Source: Candidatus Omnitrophota bacterium
Lineage (GTDB): Bacteria > Omnitrophota > Gorgyraeia > Gygaellales > Profunditerraquicolaceae
Reading direction: 5' to 3'
Assembly (NCBI GenBank): GCA_030650425.1
Contig: JAUSED010000005.1
Coordinates: 78,932 to 142,931 of the forward strand
Length of the DNA: 64,000 nucleotides
This document shows positions 39,001-54,000 of this stretch, piece after piece. The notes beneath the pieces are model-generated. The model was not told the origin of the DNA. It made no database searches and saw nothing but the letters and a program-made list of their open reading frames with translations. The position numbers and the translations under genes are program-made. Within the stretch, counting starts at the first letter, position 1. Each line of letters opens with the position of its first letter.

Positions 39001-42000
39001 GAGTTATATTGGTAGCTATAGCTTATCTTTTTTCATTTATATATCGATTTTTCTATTTCTTTCTCAGAGATGCTCCAAGGCCGAATCTTGTTGAGCAGGC
39101 TAAGTCAAGAAGAAACAGCAAGAGACAAGATAAAGGAAAATTTTCAAGCTCTCTGGGAGCCATCGGAGCCTTTAGGGAACTTTTTAGCATAGATAATGAA
39201 GAGGTGCCTCTTGAGAAGATCCCAAGATTGATGAATAAGAAATGGGTAGATGAGATTGAAAAAGGCAACAGAATTATTGATGTGAAGACGAGGACTCTTG
39301 TTGTCCTAACAGTGCCATTTAATGAAATAGCCGACTTAAATATAGAGTTGAGTACTTTAGAGGTTGAAAGCTGCACAATGATTAGTTTCAGGGGTAGAGA
39401 TAGAGAAGGGAATATGGTTTTGGGGTTAGGCCATATTTTTGAGCCTGCGCGTAAACTGCAAGATTTTTCAGTTTTTGTTGTCCGGGCCCTATTGTCTATT
39501 CTCAAGGCTAGAGGCGTACATGAATTAGGCATGCTTATCCGTTATGACCCAATTTTCACCCAGCTCCCTAAAGAAATCATCAAAGGATGCAAGCATTTAT
39601 TCAAGAGGCCGGCTATAATTTTATCGAGAGAGAACAACTTAGTGGAAGATGTTATCGTTACTCCAAGAGGGGTAACGCGGGCCTTATACCAATATATAGT
39701 ATATGAAAGTGCCGGCCGTGGTTTTATTAGTCGAGAAAAAGTTGTAACTTTGTTTTACAATTGGGGTACCTTTAACACTGCCGCTTCGCCTATGCATACC
39801 CCGGATGAGGATAATAAACGAATATTTATTGAAGTAAATAACTTATTTAAGCAGGGCCGATTTAGAGAGGCCGTGGGCAAGTTGAGAGAGTTATTAAGTT
39901 ATCCTCTCGTTAATTTGGACAGGGCAAAGGCTTTGCATATGCTGGGAAGTGCCTTTATAGGATTGAAAAAGCCTTACACTGAAACAATGTTCTGTTTGGA
40001 TTCAGCCTTGCGCTTACTTAAAATTGATAACGTCCAGACACAAGAGTATTTGGATTTAGAGCTAGACATTAGTTTGGGGTTGGGACTTACGTATAATAAA
40101 TTAGGGCTTCCGGATAAAGCGCTTGGATGTTTCGAGAAGATAATAGAAGGATGTAACGACAAAGACATGCTTGATGCCGCGCGTCAAAGTATGCTGGAAG
40201 CTTATTTGATTAAGAAAGATTTTCCTGTTTTCTTTGATAAATTAGGCGATTATTTAAGCAGTAATTCAAATATAGATATAAGAGATATGACCTCCGTCTA
40301 TATCCTTGTGAATAGCTACCACCGTTATTTGGATGAGCATATCGATGAGGCAGGGATCCGGGGGGTTATTTTACTGGCAGAATTTTATTTCAGGCGCGCG
40401 GAAGAGTTATTAACCAAAGAAAAGATAAAGAACCATTCAGAATTTGACCTTTATCAGGCAGGAAGGGTTACCGCTGGTTTTGCTTTTATTTTCCTGCATC
40501 TTTACGCAAACAGCGATGTTCTGCGGGATAGGCACATCGCGTATTATTATAGCGGCAGATGCCTGCTGCATATAGCATGGTTTAAGGAATATTATTTAGC
40601 CAATGTGAATATAATTTTTTCCGCAGAAGGCCTAGAGTTAAATTTGGAGAATATGAAAGAAGTTTTGTCATTGGCAAGCGATTATCTGCTGGATGCCATA
40701 TTGATTGCGGAAAACGATGCTAAAGGCTCCGACGTAAGCTTTGTGAAAAAGGTAAAGGCTACCTTTTACGCGATATCTAATAAATTGAACTCTTTCGGGA
40801 TTTCATCTAGCCCCTTAGATGACGATAATCATAAATTTGAAATATTGCCTATGTTTTTATTAGTATCGCAAGGCGGTTCCGCCGCCTCGCTGGTTTCGGA
40901 AGAAGGGGGAGTATTTATTTCTTATCCTTCATCGGTTGAAGAGAAAAATCAATCCGTTAGTTCATCCATCACTGCGGCAGAGATAGCTGGCATATTCCTT
41001 GAAAGAAGCTGGCTTTCTATTTTTCCAGCAGCTCTTTTCTGGGCAGGTTATTATTTGTTTAAACTTCGCAAGAACATTGAATCTCAAAAAACAAGTTTTA
41101 ATTATTTATCCGTAAATAGCCAAAAGCTCTTCGATTTCAGGAGATTAATCCCTCAAGATAAAAAGGAGGTAATTATCTTGGCATCAATAGCCCTGATAGG
41201 GCTTACCACTATTGTTTTTCCAAGCCTATGCAGGGAGATTATACAGCTTGGCCAAGTAGTTAATCATCATCATATCTGGAAACTTCTTAATTATATTGTT
41301 GGAACGACAGCTGTAATGCGGGCTATTATGGTAGGAAGCAGAACGTTTTTATTTTCCGGAATATATTTCTTTTCAATGATAATATTTTCAGCTTTATGCT
41401 CGGTCTTTATCTTAAATAATATAACCTTATACGCTTATGAGTGCATTTTTGGCAACTTTAAGGCCTTTTTAGTCTTTATGGGAGCATTTTTCATAAGCGA
41501 TATTGTTGCTATGTTCAATAGGTTGATTTATAAAAAGGAGACAATAGGAAAGAAGAATGGTAAGCATTCATTAGGCGATAAAATTAACAGTAACGAAGCA
41601 AGTCCTACTAAGGAAATAAATTCCGGGACCGGCGCAGCTCATAATGTTAAGATAGCTCCGTCTTCTACCCGAACCAAGGCCAGCCAAGAGTTCCTATTGA
41701 GATATCTCCAAGAAACGAAAGAAAAGATAAACCGAAAGGGCCAAGATTCTAGTTCGCCTTTAGAAAATAAAGTTAATTCAGTAAATAAAATGGATGGCTC
41801 TATTTTGCCAAAAGACAACCCCGCCGCCTCGCCGCTGGCGGAAGAAATTGCGGATTGTAAAGTTACGATGGCCGGCTCATCCAGCCCTATTGACAATCCT
41901 GAAGCCTGTAACATTAATGCCGCTGAGATTATGCATAGCTCTATCCTTATGTTTTTAATTGAAAACCCTTATAAAGAGGTTAATCGGGTAAAGTTAAGCA

Positions 42001-45000
42001 GAAAATTTAAGAAAGAACTGAATTGTTCATTCAATGGGGTAATTGAGGCTTTGGAAAGAGAGAGCCTGATAACTGTAAATGGATTTAAGATTAGCATGGA
42101 TTTAGAAAATATAAGGCAGTTTATTCTTTATATCCTCTCCTACTACCAACAGCCTCAAAGTAAGGTTCAGTTGATGGAATTAAGCAGGATAGGTGAGAAA
42201 GAACTGGATAGATGTTTAAAGGAATTGCGAAGCGAAGAAGAAATCTTCTATCATCACCCAGAAGGCTATATTCCGGCAAAGATTGACAGGCTTTTGGCTA
42301 TGTATATAAGCGATAAAGATATGATTGGCGCGTTGGAAAGGAAAATAGTATTTTTGAAGAATAATGGTTATAAACTCAATGTTTTTGCGCACGCGGCTCT
42401 TTACCTTTATTATTTAGAAACCGGAAGATATTCTAAAGCAAATATACAAGCTAAGATAGTTGGCAATCCAAAAATCATTTCTGCGCTGTTTGTTGATATG
42501 GCAGACATTTTTTATCACGCGAAGAAATACCGGCAACAAAAGGAATGCCTGGAAGAGGCATTTAGATTGTGGCTTTTAGAGAAAAGGTTAATAGAAGAAC
42601 AAGATTATTCTTCGGTTGGTTTGCGCATGATAAAAGCAGAGCGGCTTTCCATGGAGCATAAAAAGCGTATATTATTTTTCTTGGAGGAATTAGCAGTTGT
42701 AAGCGGGCAATTGTTAAATGATAAAACAGCCTATGATTTATACTCTCCTTTAATCAGGCATTTTGAGTCCAGCAGTCCGTTGGGAGAAAATGACGAAAAA
42801 AAGTCCGGCAATAATTTAGCCAAAAACGGTCTCTCCGCCTCGCCACTGGCGCCACAGGAGCGCCTTGCCATCCTTTTCAATGCTAATACAGGGCTTAAAA
42901 ATATTCTGGAGATTTATTTCCGCCTTACAATTAATATCGATTTAGAGGCAATGGGAAAGATGATATATAACTTTATAGTTATTGACTATGAGCCTAAAAA
43001 TGAAGAGTTCGATAAGATTGATGCTTTAAGCGATGAAGAGAAGATAGAGTTGCTTAAGGAAAGACTAGTAGATAAAAATACTATGCGGGGGATAATCTAC
43101 GAAAATGAATCCATTCCAATCTTAGAGCAAATGCTATTTATTGATGAGCCTAGTAATGTAGCATTCCGCGCAACGCGGCATATATGCGATAAATTTATTG
43201 CAGAATTTATAGAATACCAAGAATTTGAAGATTTCGCTAAAGAGGTTTTAGATAAAATGCCAGATTTTCGCAAGGAGAGAGTCTTTGAATGGGGAGTTGT
43301 TTATCTATTGCTTTGGGCTGCGAAAATAATATATGAAAGACAGCATCTTCCGCAAAAAAACTCCTCTTCCGCTCAAGGCGCCGCTTCGCCGGTGGAAAGC
43401 ATAGCTACGTTAGAGAGGATTCTTAACGAAGGGTTTAAGGGCCCGGCAGCTCAGTTAGAGGCCTTTGGCCCGCAAAGCGATGATTTTGGATTTTTCCACG
43501 AACAAGGCAGGGCCGCGATATTATTAAGCTTGCTTAAAGCTGCCTTTCCCCGGATGAAACAAGATTTAAATTATATCATTACAAGCAAATGCAATTTGCA
43601 GTGCGCTCCTTGCATCGCGCAGTTGATTATGCAGAAAAACTCCAATGAGGATTTTTCTGAAGAGGTATTTAAAAAGAATATCTTAGAATTAAAAGGTTTT
43701 GAGAATATTTGGTTTGTAGGAGGGGAGCCATCTTTGTATGGCAAAAAGCCAGATGAAAAGGTTAGCGAACGCTTTATCAGGCTGGTAAATTTTGCCGCGA
43801 GCTTAGTCAAGAATGTTTTTATTGATACCAATGGCACTTTTATTATTGGGCTTAGCGATGAAGAATTAGAAGTATTATTTTTACGCTTTAGGAGAAATGT
43901 AACCTTTGTGCTGTCTGTGGATGAGTTTCATGAAGAGCAAATAAGGAGAAGATATGGGGTAGAGTTGAAGGAGATGATTGATAGGTTTAAGTCGTTTAAA
44001 GACAAAGGAATCATTAGCCTAGAATATAATATCAGGCTTGCCGGGAAAGAATTTAGGCATATAGAACAAGGGAAAATTTTGAGGCATTTTGGATTAGAAG
44101 AAGAATACAGGAATTCGAGAGAAGGCCTTTTTATTAACCAGCTGCAGGCGCAGGGAGGCGCTTTCACAACGTCTGATGTAAAAGCTATCCCAATTAAACT
44201 TGCTAATTTCATAAGGCACCAAGAAGAGCCAGAAGCCTTATTTTTGTTTATAGCTCTTGACGGCAGGTTAGTTGTCAGCGACCACGCAACATTTATCCCG
44301 TTCGATATAGAAGAGTCAGCTTTAGGCAATGTCTTTGAAAAAGAGCTTTCAGCTGTACTGTTTGAATACATTCGGCAATTATTGCGTTATAGGCCTAAAG
44401 AATATGAGCAAGGCCTGAAGTTGCTTAAGGCAATATGGGAATACCCTGAAGGAGAAAAAGAAATTAAGCAGTTTCGCCGGAAATTCTATGAACTTTCGCG
44501 GATTATTGTAGGATCCGTTTATGAAAAAATAAACGCAAGGCCTAAAAAAAGCTTGGCAGAAAAAATGATTGAGGTAGTAAAAAAATCCCGCGGGACAACG
44601 ATATGGTCTGTTAATGAGAAGGAGCAGATAAAGGAATTTATTGAAAAATATGATGAATCTCTTATTTTGGAGTCTATTCCTTCTTTGGCAAGGGAATTCC
44701 TGGATTTTATGCTTACTTATCAAAAAATTCCAGTATCCCAACCTTTACTGCTGATTAAGGCTAACGGATTATTGGGCTTTGGTTATGGGGTTTCGCGTGT
44801 CAATGATGTTAAGTATTTATTATTTGAGCGTTTAGACCGAGTGATTAAGACTTCGTTAAACTGGCTTCACGATACATTCCCCTATAAAAGATGGGATGAC
44901 CTAATCTGGTTATTTTATTATTATGCGTATTCATATCTTAAGAATACTGATTCTAACGAGGCATGGATTAAGTACTTGCGTCTCTGTTTGGGGGAAGAAT

Positions 45001-48000
45001 TAAAGGAGTTGCAAGATAAATGCTACAAGGGCGATACTGATTTTGATGTATTGGTAAGGCAGATTTTGTCCCCTGACAGCGTTATTAAATGTATCCACAG
45101 GCTGGATTTAAGAGATACAAATAATCCCCGCGGGGTTCTTATAGAAGAGTTTAAGGGAAAATATAAAGATGCGGGGATCGAAAAGTTACTGGGCATTTGT
45201 ATACAAATTATTCGCGGAGATCCTAATTGGAATCAGGTAGGTTATGCCGCAGAGAATGTTATCCTTTTACTTGAAAGCCCGTATGTTTTAGGACGTTTGT
45301 TTAAGGAGGCAGACTACTCTTCTTTAAGGGATGTTTTGTTTAAAATGAATATCCGTAAAGTAGCAGACAGGGCATTTGAGATATTAAGAGAATATAGAGA
45401 GCCTCCTGATTATCGTGATAATATAGCATTTATAATCCAACAAATTGGCGGCAAAAGAGCCGCGCGCAAATTAGCGAATATTTTTAATGAACGGGATATG
45501 TCTTGGCAGGTGAAAATATTGGATATGGTAGGGACAATGGTAAATATTTCAGAAGCAAAAGACAAGAGAGATGAAAGCAAAATAGCTTTGCAATTATTCA
45601 AAAAGGCCGTAAGAAATTTTAACCCCGAAATAGTAAATGAGGCGGTTTGCGGTTTAAGGAATTTAGTCAGCGAACGTCCTCTTCCTGCTAAAGATGTAAG
45701 AGACGCGGTTAAACTGCTTACAAATCTTAGAGAAGATATATTTAAGTTTTGGGATAAGGATACGCTAAAAAATGAACCTGTTAGTCTTGCCTTGCTGTTT
45801 ATTGAGAAGATGGTTGCCCTTGTTAAAGATATAGGGAGAGAGGCAACGATCAAGCGGTTAGAAGAATTAGAATTCAACAGGTTTGTTTTAGAGGATATCC
45901 AGAAACTTTTAGAAACCCACAAGGATGAAGATATTGTAGTTTATCTGCCTGATGGGCGCGATTTTATCTGGGAAAGGGAAACATTAGTTACAAAGGATGG
46001 AGAATTATTGCAGTCCTTTCGCGCCTCCTCGCCGCTGAGCAATGTTAATCAACCCGCAAATGGCGTGAATAATACCGAGGAGTTTTTGGCAAAATATAAA
46101 TATGCGGACGTTTTTGAAGGCCGGCGTATTCGGTTTAGGGCTAAATTTCTGCAGAGGCATGTAGTGCCGGACAGTATTTCGCTTCACATTGGTAATGTAA
46201 CAGTCGCCTCGCCGATTTCGGGAGAAATAGAAAGATTTAAAGAAATCCCTTTATCCAGGCTCTCTGATAAATCAGAGATTAGGGTATTAGTTATCCCGGA
46301 TATACATTGTCAATATGCTAAATTTGAGGACTTGCTCGAAGAGGCAGGTTTTATTGATCCGGATAAGAATTGGATCGCGGGTAATAGGCAATTAATTCAG
46401 ATTGGCGATGTGATCAGCCGCGGCCCGGAAGAAGGGGCCAGAAAATCTTGGGAGCTGTTGGATAAATTACAAGAAGAGGCGCCCCAACGCAGCGGAAGGG
46501 TTACAAGATTATTGGGCAGCCATGAATTATTGCATCTTCTTAGGGTAGGAATCGTTATAAGGAAAGACCCTGTGTGGATAAAAAAGATTAAAGGCGGTAT
46601 CGAGGAGAACAAAATTTGCGCTGCCTGCCGGGTTAACGGAAAGATAGTTGTTCATGCCGGAGTTGTTCCCGAATTATCATTGGGTAAGAAGGTTAATGAA
46701 TTAGAGGAGGAATTTAATAGTTTGTTATTGGAAGCGCTCAAACGCGATTCGTTTAAACATCCTATTTTCGGAATGGGAGAATATTCTTTTGGTTTTCAGC
46801 CGTATCCGGGTATATTTCAGGCGGATTTTGATTTAACGCTAAAATTCCATGCCGATAAAGTTATTCCGCAAATAGTGGGGCATAGCCCGGATTTAAAGAA
46901 TAAATCTATTCGAAGGGAAGGCGACATAATCAATATAGATGTCGCAATGTATAGAGGCGGAAAAGACGCGTTGGCTATTTTGTCTCTCGATTCGTCTTAT
47001 ATATCCTCTTCCGCGGTAACATTTATGCCTTATCCTATACCGTCTAATACCTCTATAGGCAGGCTGGAATTATTTGAGGATTGCCTTATTAAAGGTTGCC
47101 TTTCAGGTAAATCCTCCGAAATAATGAAGTTTATTGACTTGGGGATAGGAATGATGATCAATAAAGAAGGTATCCCTTCGCCAGCTACGACTTTAGAGTT
47201 AGCCGAGAGAATGCCTGAAGCTAAGGTCTATGGCATAGATAAAATAATACCAAAGATAGCCATTAAAACGGATAACTATTGGGCAATCTTCGATCAAAAA
47301 GGAAGGCTAAGGGTGATGGAGAAAGATGAAGAAGAATATAGCGGGGGTTATAACTTAATAGATATATCAAACCCGGATGAAGAGGTTATAAGCGAAATTC
47401 AAGGAATATACAATAAAGCAAGGCGGATAAATCCAAGTAATACGCCTAAACGCCTTAAGATATCCTTTAACGAGGTTATATACCGTCCGTTTGAACTCTT
47501 AGATAAAAACTCAAAGATTATATTCAAAGAGGCAGAATTTAACGAGCTTGAAAACATTTTTGCGGGAGTTAAATTTGATACTGGCAGGATATTTAATGTA
47601 AATCCGCATTATCCAGCGGATGAAGCTATGGAAAACCTGTTAAACATAACTAAGATTTTGAGAGAAAACAGTTGGCTTGTTGAGGGAAGTGTTTTTAGCG
47701 GCGCTTTCCTGAATTTTGCCGTTTATGATCTTAAAAAAGGTTATTTGGGCTTAAAGAGTATGTGCATATCTGAAAAATATCTTAATTTATCCAAAGAGCC
47801 ATCTTTTAATTCTACCCTGCCATCAGCCTTAAAGTTAGAACAGGCGCGGCCATTCCTTAATAACCTTACAGAAATTTACCAACAGGCTCCCCGTCGGCAA
47901 TTGATAATAGAGGAATTTAAAAGAAGGGGTTATTCGATGGTCAGGCCCTGCGGGCTTAGGGAAAATATTATTAAGTTTGATTTTGACCACGAATTTAAAA

Positions 48001-51000
48001 TAGGCGCCGCCTCGCCCATAACTGCCGCAGGGATAATTAACCTATTCCTTTCCTCATCTCCGGTTTCTGAATTGAGGCAGTATCTTGAAAATAATAAGAA
48101 TCCAATGGTAGGGAAATTTTTGAGTTGGATAGATAATCGGGGAGAATCACAAATTAATACAATATGGGAGAGCCAGCGCCGATTAGCTGAAGAAATAGGG
48201 ATATCAGAAATGACTATTTCTAATTACCTGCGCAGGATTCAGGCATTATTGCAGTTAGAAAAAAAGCCGCTCATTAAGATAGAACTAAAAATAAAGAGAA
48301 GGACAATAGCGGATCAGATAGAGGAATGGGCTTTAAATAGGGAGCCCAGCCAAAAACTCAAAGAATGGGGAATAAAAGAATTAGCTGCCTTGTTTGGAAA
48401 AACTCCCCACAGCATAAGGCAGGCGCTTCCCGCGATTAATAAAAGATTAACTGAACGAAACGAAGAGGAAGTAAGAGCAAATAAAAAAGAAGAGTCAGCT
48501 GAAGGCTATAAAAAAATAGCCCCAGCAGATGGCTTAGAGTTGTTTATACGAGAGGTTTTTAGGAAGATGGGTAAAGATGAGCAGCGGGTCTTTAATTACG
48601 ACTTTGAGGGTGGTAATGATATATTTAAGGGAACAGGATTAACCCTGAAGCGAGTTGAGTCATTAATAAGAAGCAGTGTTGTCAAGATTTGTAATGCGTT
48701 TGGAACGCAAGACGAAAAGGCAGCTTATGAAAGATATCTGGATTTCAAGAAGCAATTGAATGCAAGCCACAATAAAGAAAGCTTAATAGAAGAATTTAGG
48801 GTTGGTGAGAGCGTTGAGAAAGAGGCAGAGGAAAGAGATGTAGATGATTCTGAAGCATATTCTCAGGTTCAAGATAATTCCATTGATGTAGAGAACCAAG
48901 AGGCCGCCAAGCATATAAAACGCCCATCCTCCTCGCCGATTCATAACAGTGAGCAAAACCCAGAGGAAGGCTTAAGGCGGATCTCTGGAAAGGCAGAGTT
49001 TACAGAAAAGATAAAACCATATCTTGAGGTGGGGGCAATGTATATTTTGTTTATAGCGGCTTGGATAGTTTTTGGCATTATAGGAAAAGTGCTGGATATT
49101 ATTAAGCCGTTTCTATCTAAGTTAATAGGATTCTTACAGCAAAAAACTTCAAGCAGAAGGAAAGATTCTAAGATACATAAACATATGGGAAAAGGGGATA
49201 TTTCTAAGTTAGGGAAAGAAAATGGTGCCGCTTCGCCGCTGACGCGAAATATAGAAAGAGCCAACGCAATATTTAACAGAGTTCTTGAGGCAGCCAGTAG
49301 GAATTCAAAAAGAAAGTATGCTATTAAGCTCTTCATTAAAGAAATAGACGCATACGGTAGGGCTTCTTTAAGCGGCAATTATATTACAATAAATCCAAAC
49401 CAGTTAGGTAATCCAGATTTTGAATTAGCTAAATTAATGGGCCATGAGATTACCCATATAACCTTGGGGCATATTTGGATTGTACGCATTGGATTCAGGG
49501 TCACAACCGCATTATTTTCAATCCTGTTTGCCGCAATGATAAGCGGGATTATTACTGAATTTGACGCGCTTCTTATTGCCGTGGTATTTTTAGGTACGGT
49601 GTTGATGTGTTACTTGGTTACTCAAAGCGAAGCCGATAAGAAAGGTAAGCAATATGCGATATTAGCCGGATTTGGAAATGATACAAAACCTTCGGCTTCT
49701 AAAAAAGCCAGTCATTCCGGCTCGCCGGTAGAAATCATTAGATATGATGAAGTCGATAAGAATGGGGTATTATTTAACCGTTTTCGGTTAATCTATGGAA
49801 CTAATAACCAGCCGCAAAAGCGAATTGTAGAGGTAAGGCAAAAAGGTTTTGAGCCGGTATCTATGTTGAATTATACCTCGCGTAAGATTCACGATACATT
49901 CCCATATGCAGCTGAAGGGCTCTCTCAAGAATTTAGCTGGCATGGCGAAAAAATGCTGGGTGATATGCCGCATACTACCACTCAAAGCGCGCTGTTAGCT
50001 TTAGAGAGGATTAATATTACAGGGAAAACCGTGATTGACGCTGGAACCGGTGATGGAGTATTAGCTATTATGATGGCAAAGCAAAAAAGTGAAGTTAAAG
50101 CTGCGGATTTTCCTTGGATGTTAGAGTTAGCCAAGGAGAACGCAAGATTAAATGGCGTCTATGATTCTATAGAATTTATCGCAGCTACTTTTCAAGATTT
50201 TGGACGAAATTACACAGGGCCGGTAGATATTTTGGTAACTAACATTGGGCGCATGGGAAGTTATCAGAGATACGAGTCTCTATCTAATTTATTCAAGCGA
50301 GCGCAAATTATTATTTTGGCCGGCAGTGAAATGAGGCCTTATGCTCCGTATGCGGATGTTAATCATCCATTTCATCCCTACGACGGGTATCCCTTCTTTA
50401 AAGGAGATAAGTTTATTCCTCTACTCAAAGTAATAGTCAGAACAAAATATTCAAGCGCTGAATGGGCGGCATTGGTTCTTGCCGCCGCCTCGCCGGTCAG
50501 TCAGTTAAATCAGAAAGGCTTAAATTGGAAAGAATTTTTAGGCAGGGTAAAAGAAGCGCGGGTGATTTTGGTAAAAAATGATCTTCATTCTCCCTCAGGC
50601 GAAGCTCCTTGGATATTATCACCAACTGAGCAAGATAAAAAGGTATTCGCAGGAAATTACAACAAAGTTACAGAATTATTAAGGAACCTTCGTATCCTCG
50701 AAGCCCTTGAATTAGATACACCGGATCCGCACAACGATGTATTAGATGATGAAGGGTTTTTAAAGCTGATTGGGGCATTTATGGCTGGCGCCTCTAGCCC
50801 ATTGCGAAACAAACCCGCCGCCTCGGCCGCAGGTATTCCTAATAAAATAATAACCAGAAAGAGATTCGAAGATTGCCTAAGAATAAAGAATTGGGTTAAT
50901 CTTAAAGGCGGGTATAAGAAAGTTTGGTATCCGGGTTCCGGTTCTGATGTGGCGTTGGCCCTGTATGCTACTAATGGAGATGAATTTACCCTTACAAATT

Positions 51001-54000
51001 ATACACTCTTTGGAGAAGCGGATGATTTTAGCAACTTTGAGGGTTGGGAGAGGGAATATCATTATCATTTAAGATGCACCCACAGTTGGCTTAGCGTTAA
51101 TTACTATAGATGGAATAGTATAAGCGCGCAGATTTTCTCTGAATTAGAAGCGATAGGGGTAAATTTTGATGATGTATTAAAGACAAGGATTAATCCTGCG
51201 AGATTTAGACTGGAATTTGATTGGCAGCATCCTTCTGAGAAGATAGCCAAAACAAGGATTATTGACTATATAACTCCGGGCTGCGACTTTTATACTCCGG
51301 AAAACAAGGCAGATATCATAATTATCAAGGCGTTAGATCAATTTCACATTAACCCGCAGGACATGCTTTCTTTCTTAAATCAAAATGGATTTATAGTTAG
51401 CGATATTTATCTGGAGATCCTAGGAATCAGGCCCGTTGCCTTGAAGCTCAGCCATAAATTTGGATACGCCCATAACTTGCCATTCGGAGAATTAGTTGGA
51501 TTAACTACGGGTACGGATGTATTTTTATACAGGAAAATTTCCGCAGCCACTATTTTTAATGGCCCCTCGCGGATAAGTTCACCTATTAATCGCCAAGGGC
51601 AGGCCCCTCAAGATGAAGGCCTTAATAAACAGATTGAGGCGTTAATCAAGATAGTAGGGACAGGGGACGTCAGGGCATCTATTAAGTTATTCGAGATAGC
51701 AGAAGCAGGAAATTTAGGCCGTGGCTTTGTTACTGAGATTTTTGCCCTTCTGAAAGACGAACGTAGGTCTGCGCGAACCGATGCCGCGGTAGTGCTGCAG
51801 GTTGCAGCCTGCAAAGACATTGAAACAATGCTTGAACTTATTGAGCGGACAATAAATGACGAATCGTTAGCGGATGAACGCTACGATACGCATGGCCGTA
51901 TGACTTGGCCTCAGCGCCTTACCGTAAACATCATTAATGAAAGAAAAGGCCAATACATTTTGGAATCTTTAGAATCATTAAGAGGTAATTCTTTACAAAA
52001 GGATATGGTTATAGATTTTATCTTGGATTATGGCAAGTATATAAACGGCTTCTTTAACTTTGCGATCTTGCTCCTCGATAATAAATTATTAAATGATAAA
52101 CAAATCAACAAGATTATCTATGATGTATTTGGCGCGCCTGTTTCACTAAGTAGAATTCGTAAGGCAGCCATTTTTAGTCAACCTCAAGAAATTCTTCCGA
52201 AAGAATTAGGCCTAAAGATACAGACAGATTCTAAAGTAATTATCCTGTCCGGATGCAATTATCCGTTACTAAGGACAGAGGCTCTGATAGAGGATTTAAG
52301 ACACACATACCACTTCGACAGCCGGGTTTCATTTACGGAATGGCCCGTAGAGGAAACGCCCTTTGGCTACGCATTGGATGCCTATAACTTTTTGAAAGAG
52401 CGCTCTCAAGAAATACCTTCGCTTGGAAAGATGCTGAGAGCGATGGAAAGTCGCTCAGGAGAGATTATCGAGGCTTATAAAGAGGAGCTTTATAAGCCAT
52501 ATCCGAATTGGTATTATCTATTAAAAGAGCTCAATGAGATTATGCATCAGGTCCCTTATGACGCAAAATTACTTTTAGGCATCCTTGATTCTTATGCGAG
52601 AGAGATTTTCCATGAAGCTAATTGGATTAAAACATCGCAAGAGAGCATTCCCGGCACCTATATTATATCTTTATATGGAGGGTTATCTGCGCATGACACA
52701 CCTTGGATTTGCGCGGGAGAGGATTTATCAAGCCTTTTAGGCCGGATATTAAAGGAAAATCAGATTGATTGGCGCGCGGAAGAAGACAAGAGCTTAGCAG
52801 GCCTTAGAAACTATGCATACATTGTATTGCCGCTTTCATTAGTAGGCAGCGGTAACGAGGATTTACTGAAGGCCATAATCGGCATATACTTTTTACCAGA
52901 GATCGGTTCTCTTCGCAAGCCAATGCATTCGCTAAACTTAGAGTATGTGATTTCCCACACTGATTCCTCCAGAAGATTTAGCATCGATTTAAAGAAAATC
53001 ATAGATTCTTTACTAAGTACCTTTCCCAAGAACCTTTCTTCGCCGATTACTCTTGCCTGCGGTAAACCGTTGCAGCTAAATCCCGCCGCCTCGCCGCTGG
53101 CTGATAAAAAAAATCAAGATGAATTCAGGATGTTTGAATTTATGGATTTGTTAAGCCAGGATTTAAATCAACATTCCGCTGAGTTAGAGAAAAATAGCCC
53201 TAAGGTTGCGGTGTTTTGTTCTGCCAGGATTAATTCCGGAAAATATTGGGAACTGGCAAAGGCCTTAGGGGCTTCGCTAGAATCTTCCGGTTATACTATA
53301 ATTACCGGAGCTGGCCCGGGTTTGATGGAGGCGGTTGGCGAGGGCGCAGGCCAAACTATTGGGCTGAATATTAATATGCCGAATAAACAAATTCCTAATT
53401 TTTACGTAAAGGAGTGTTTAGAATTTCACAATTTCTCAATAAGAAAGGCTATATTTATCAAATACGCTGATGCCTTTGTAATCATTCCCGGAGGATTAGG
53501 AACTTTAGATGAGCTTCTTGAGGCCTTAACCTTAAAAGACAGGGGATATATCGATGCCCCAATCATTTTATTAGATAAAGGATTTTATTCAGGTTTATTT
53601 GAATTTCTAGAGGGAGTCGAACAGGCTGGTTTTTTGAGAAAGCCCCTTAAAGAATTATGCGTCCTTGTTGATTCTGTAGATGAAGTTTTGCGATATCTTA
53701 AACTAAATAAGGCGCCTCTCAAGCAGGGGAAAAATAATATAGATATTAAACAGGTTTTGGATAATCTCAAGGAGTCATTGGCCGAACTGCAAGGCATAGA
53801 ATCAGCGGTTGGTATTCTGGGCTCGCATTCGTTTGGGAAAGACTCTTCCTCTTATAGGCAGGCATATAATTTAGCCAGGGGTTTTTCCAGAGGTGGCAGA
53901 AAAATACTTTATAGGGGCTGTCAGGGGATTACCGAAGCAGTTGACAAGGCCATTGAAGCAGAAAAAGGCGTGGGTATATCTTTTTGGGTCCCGGATTATG

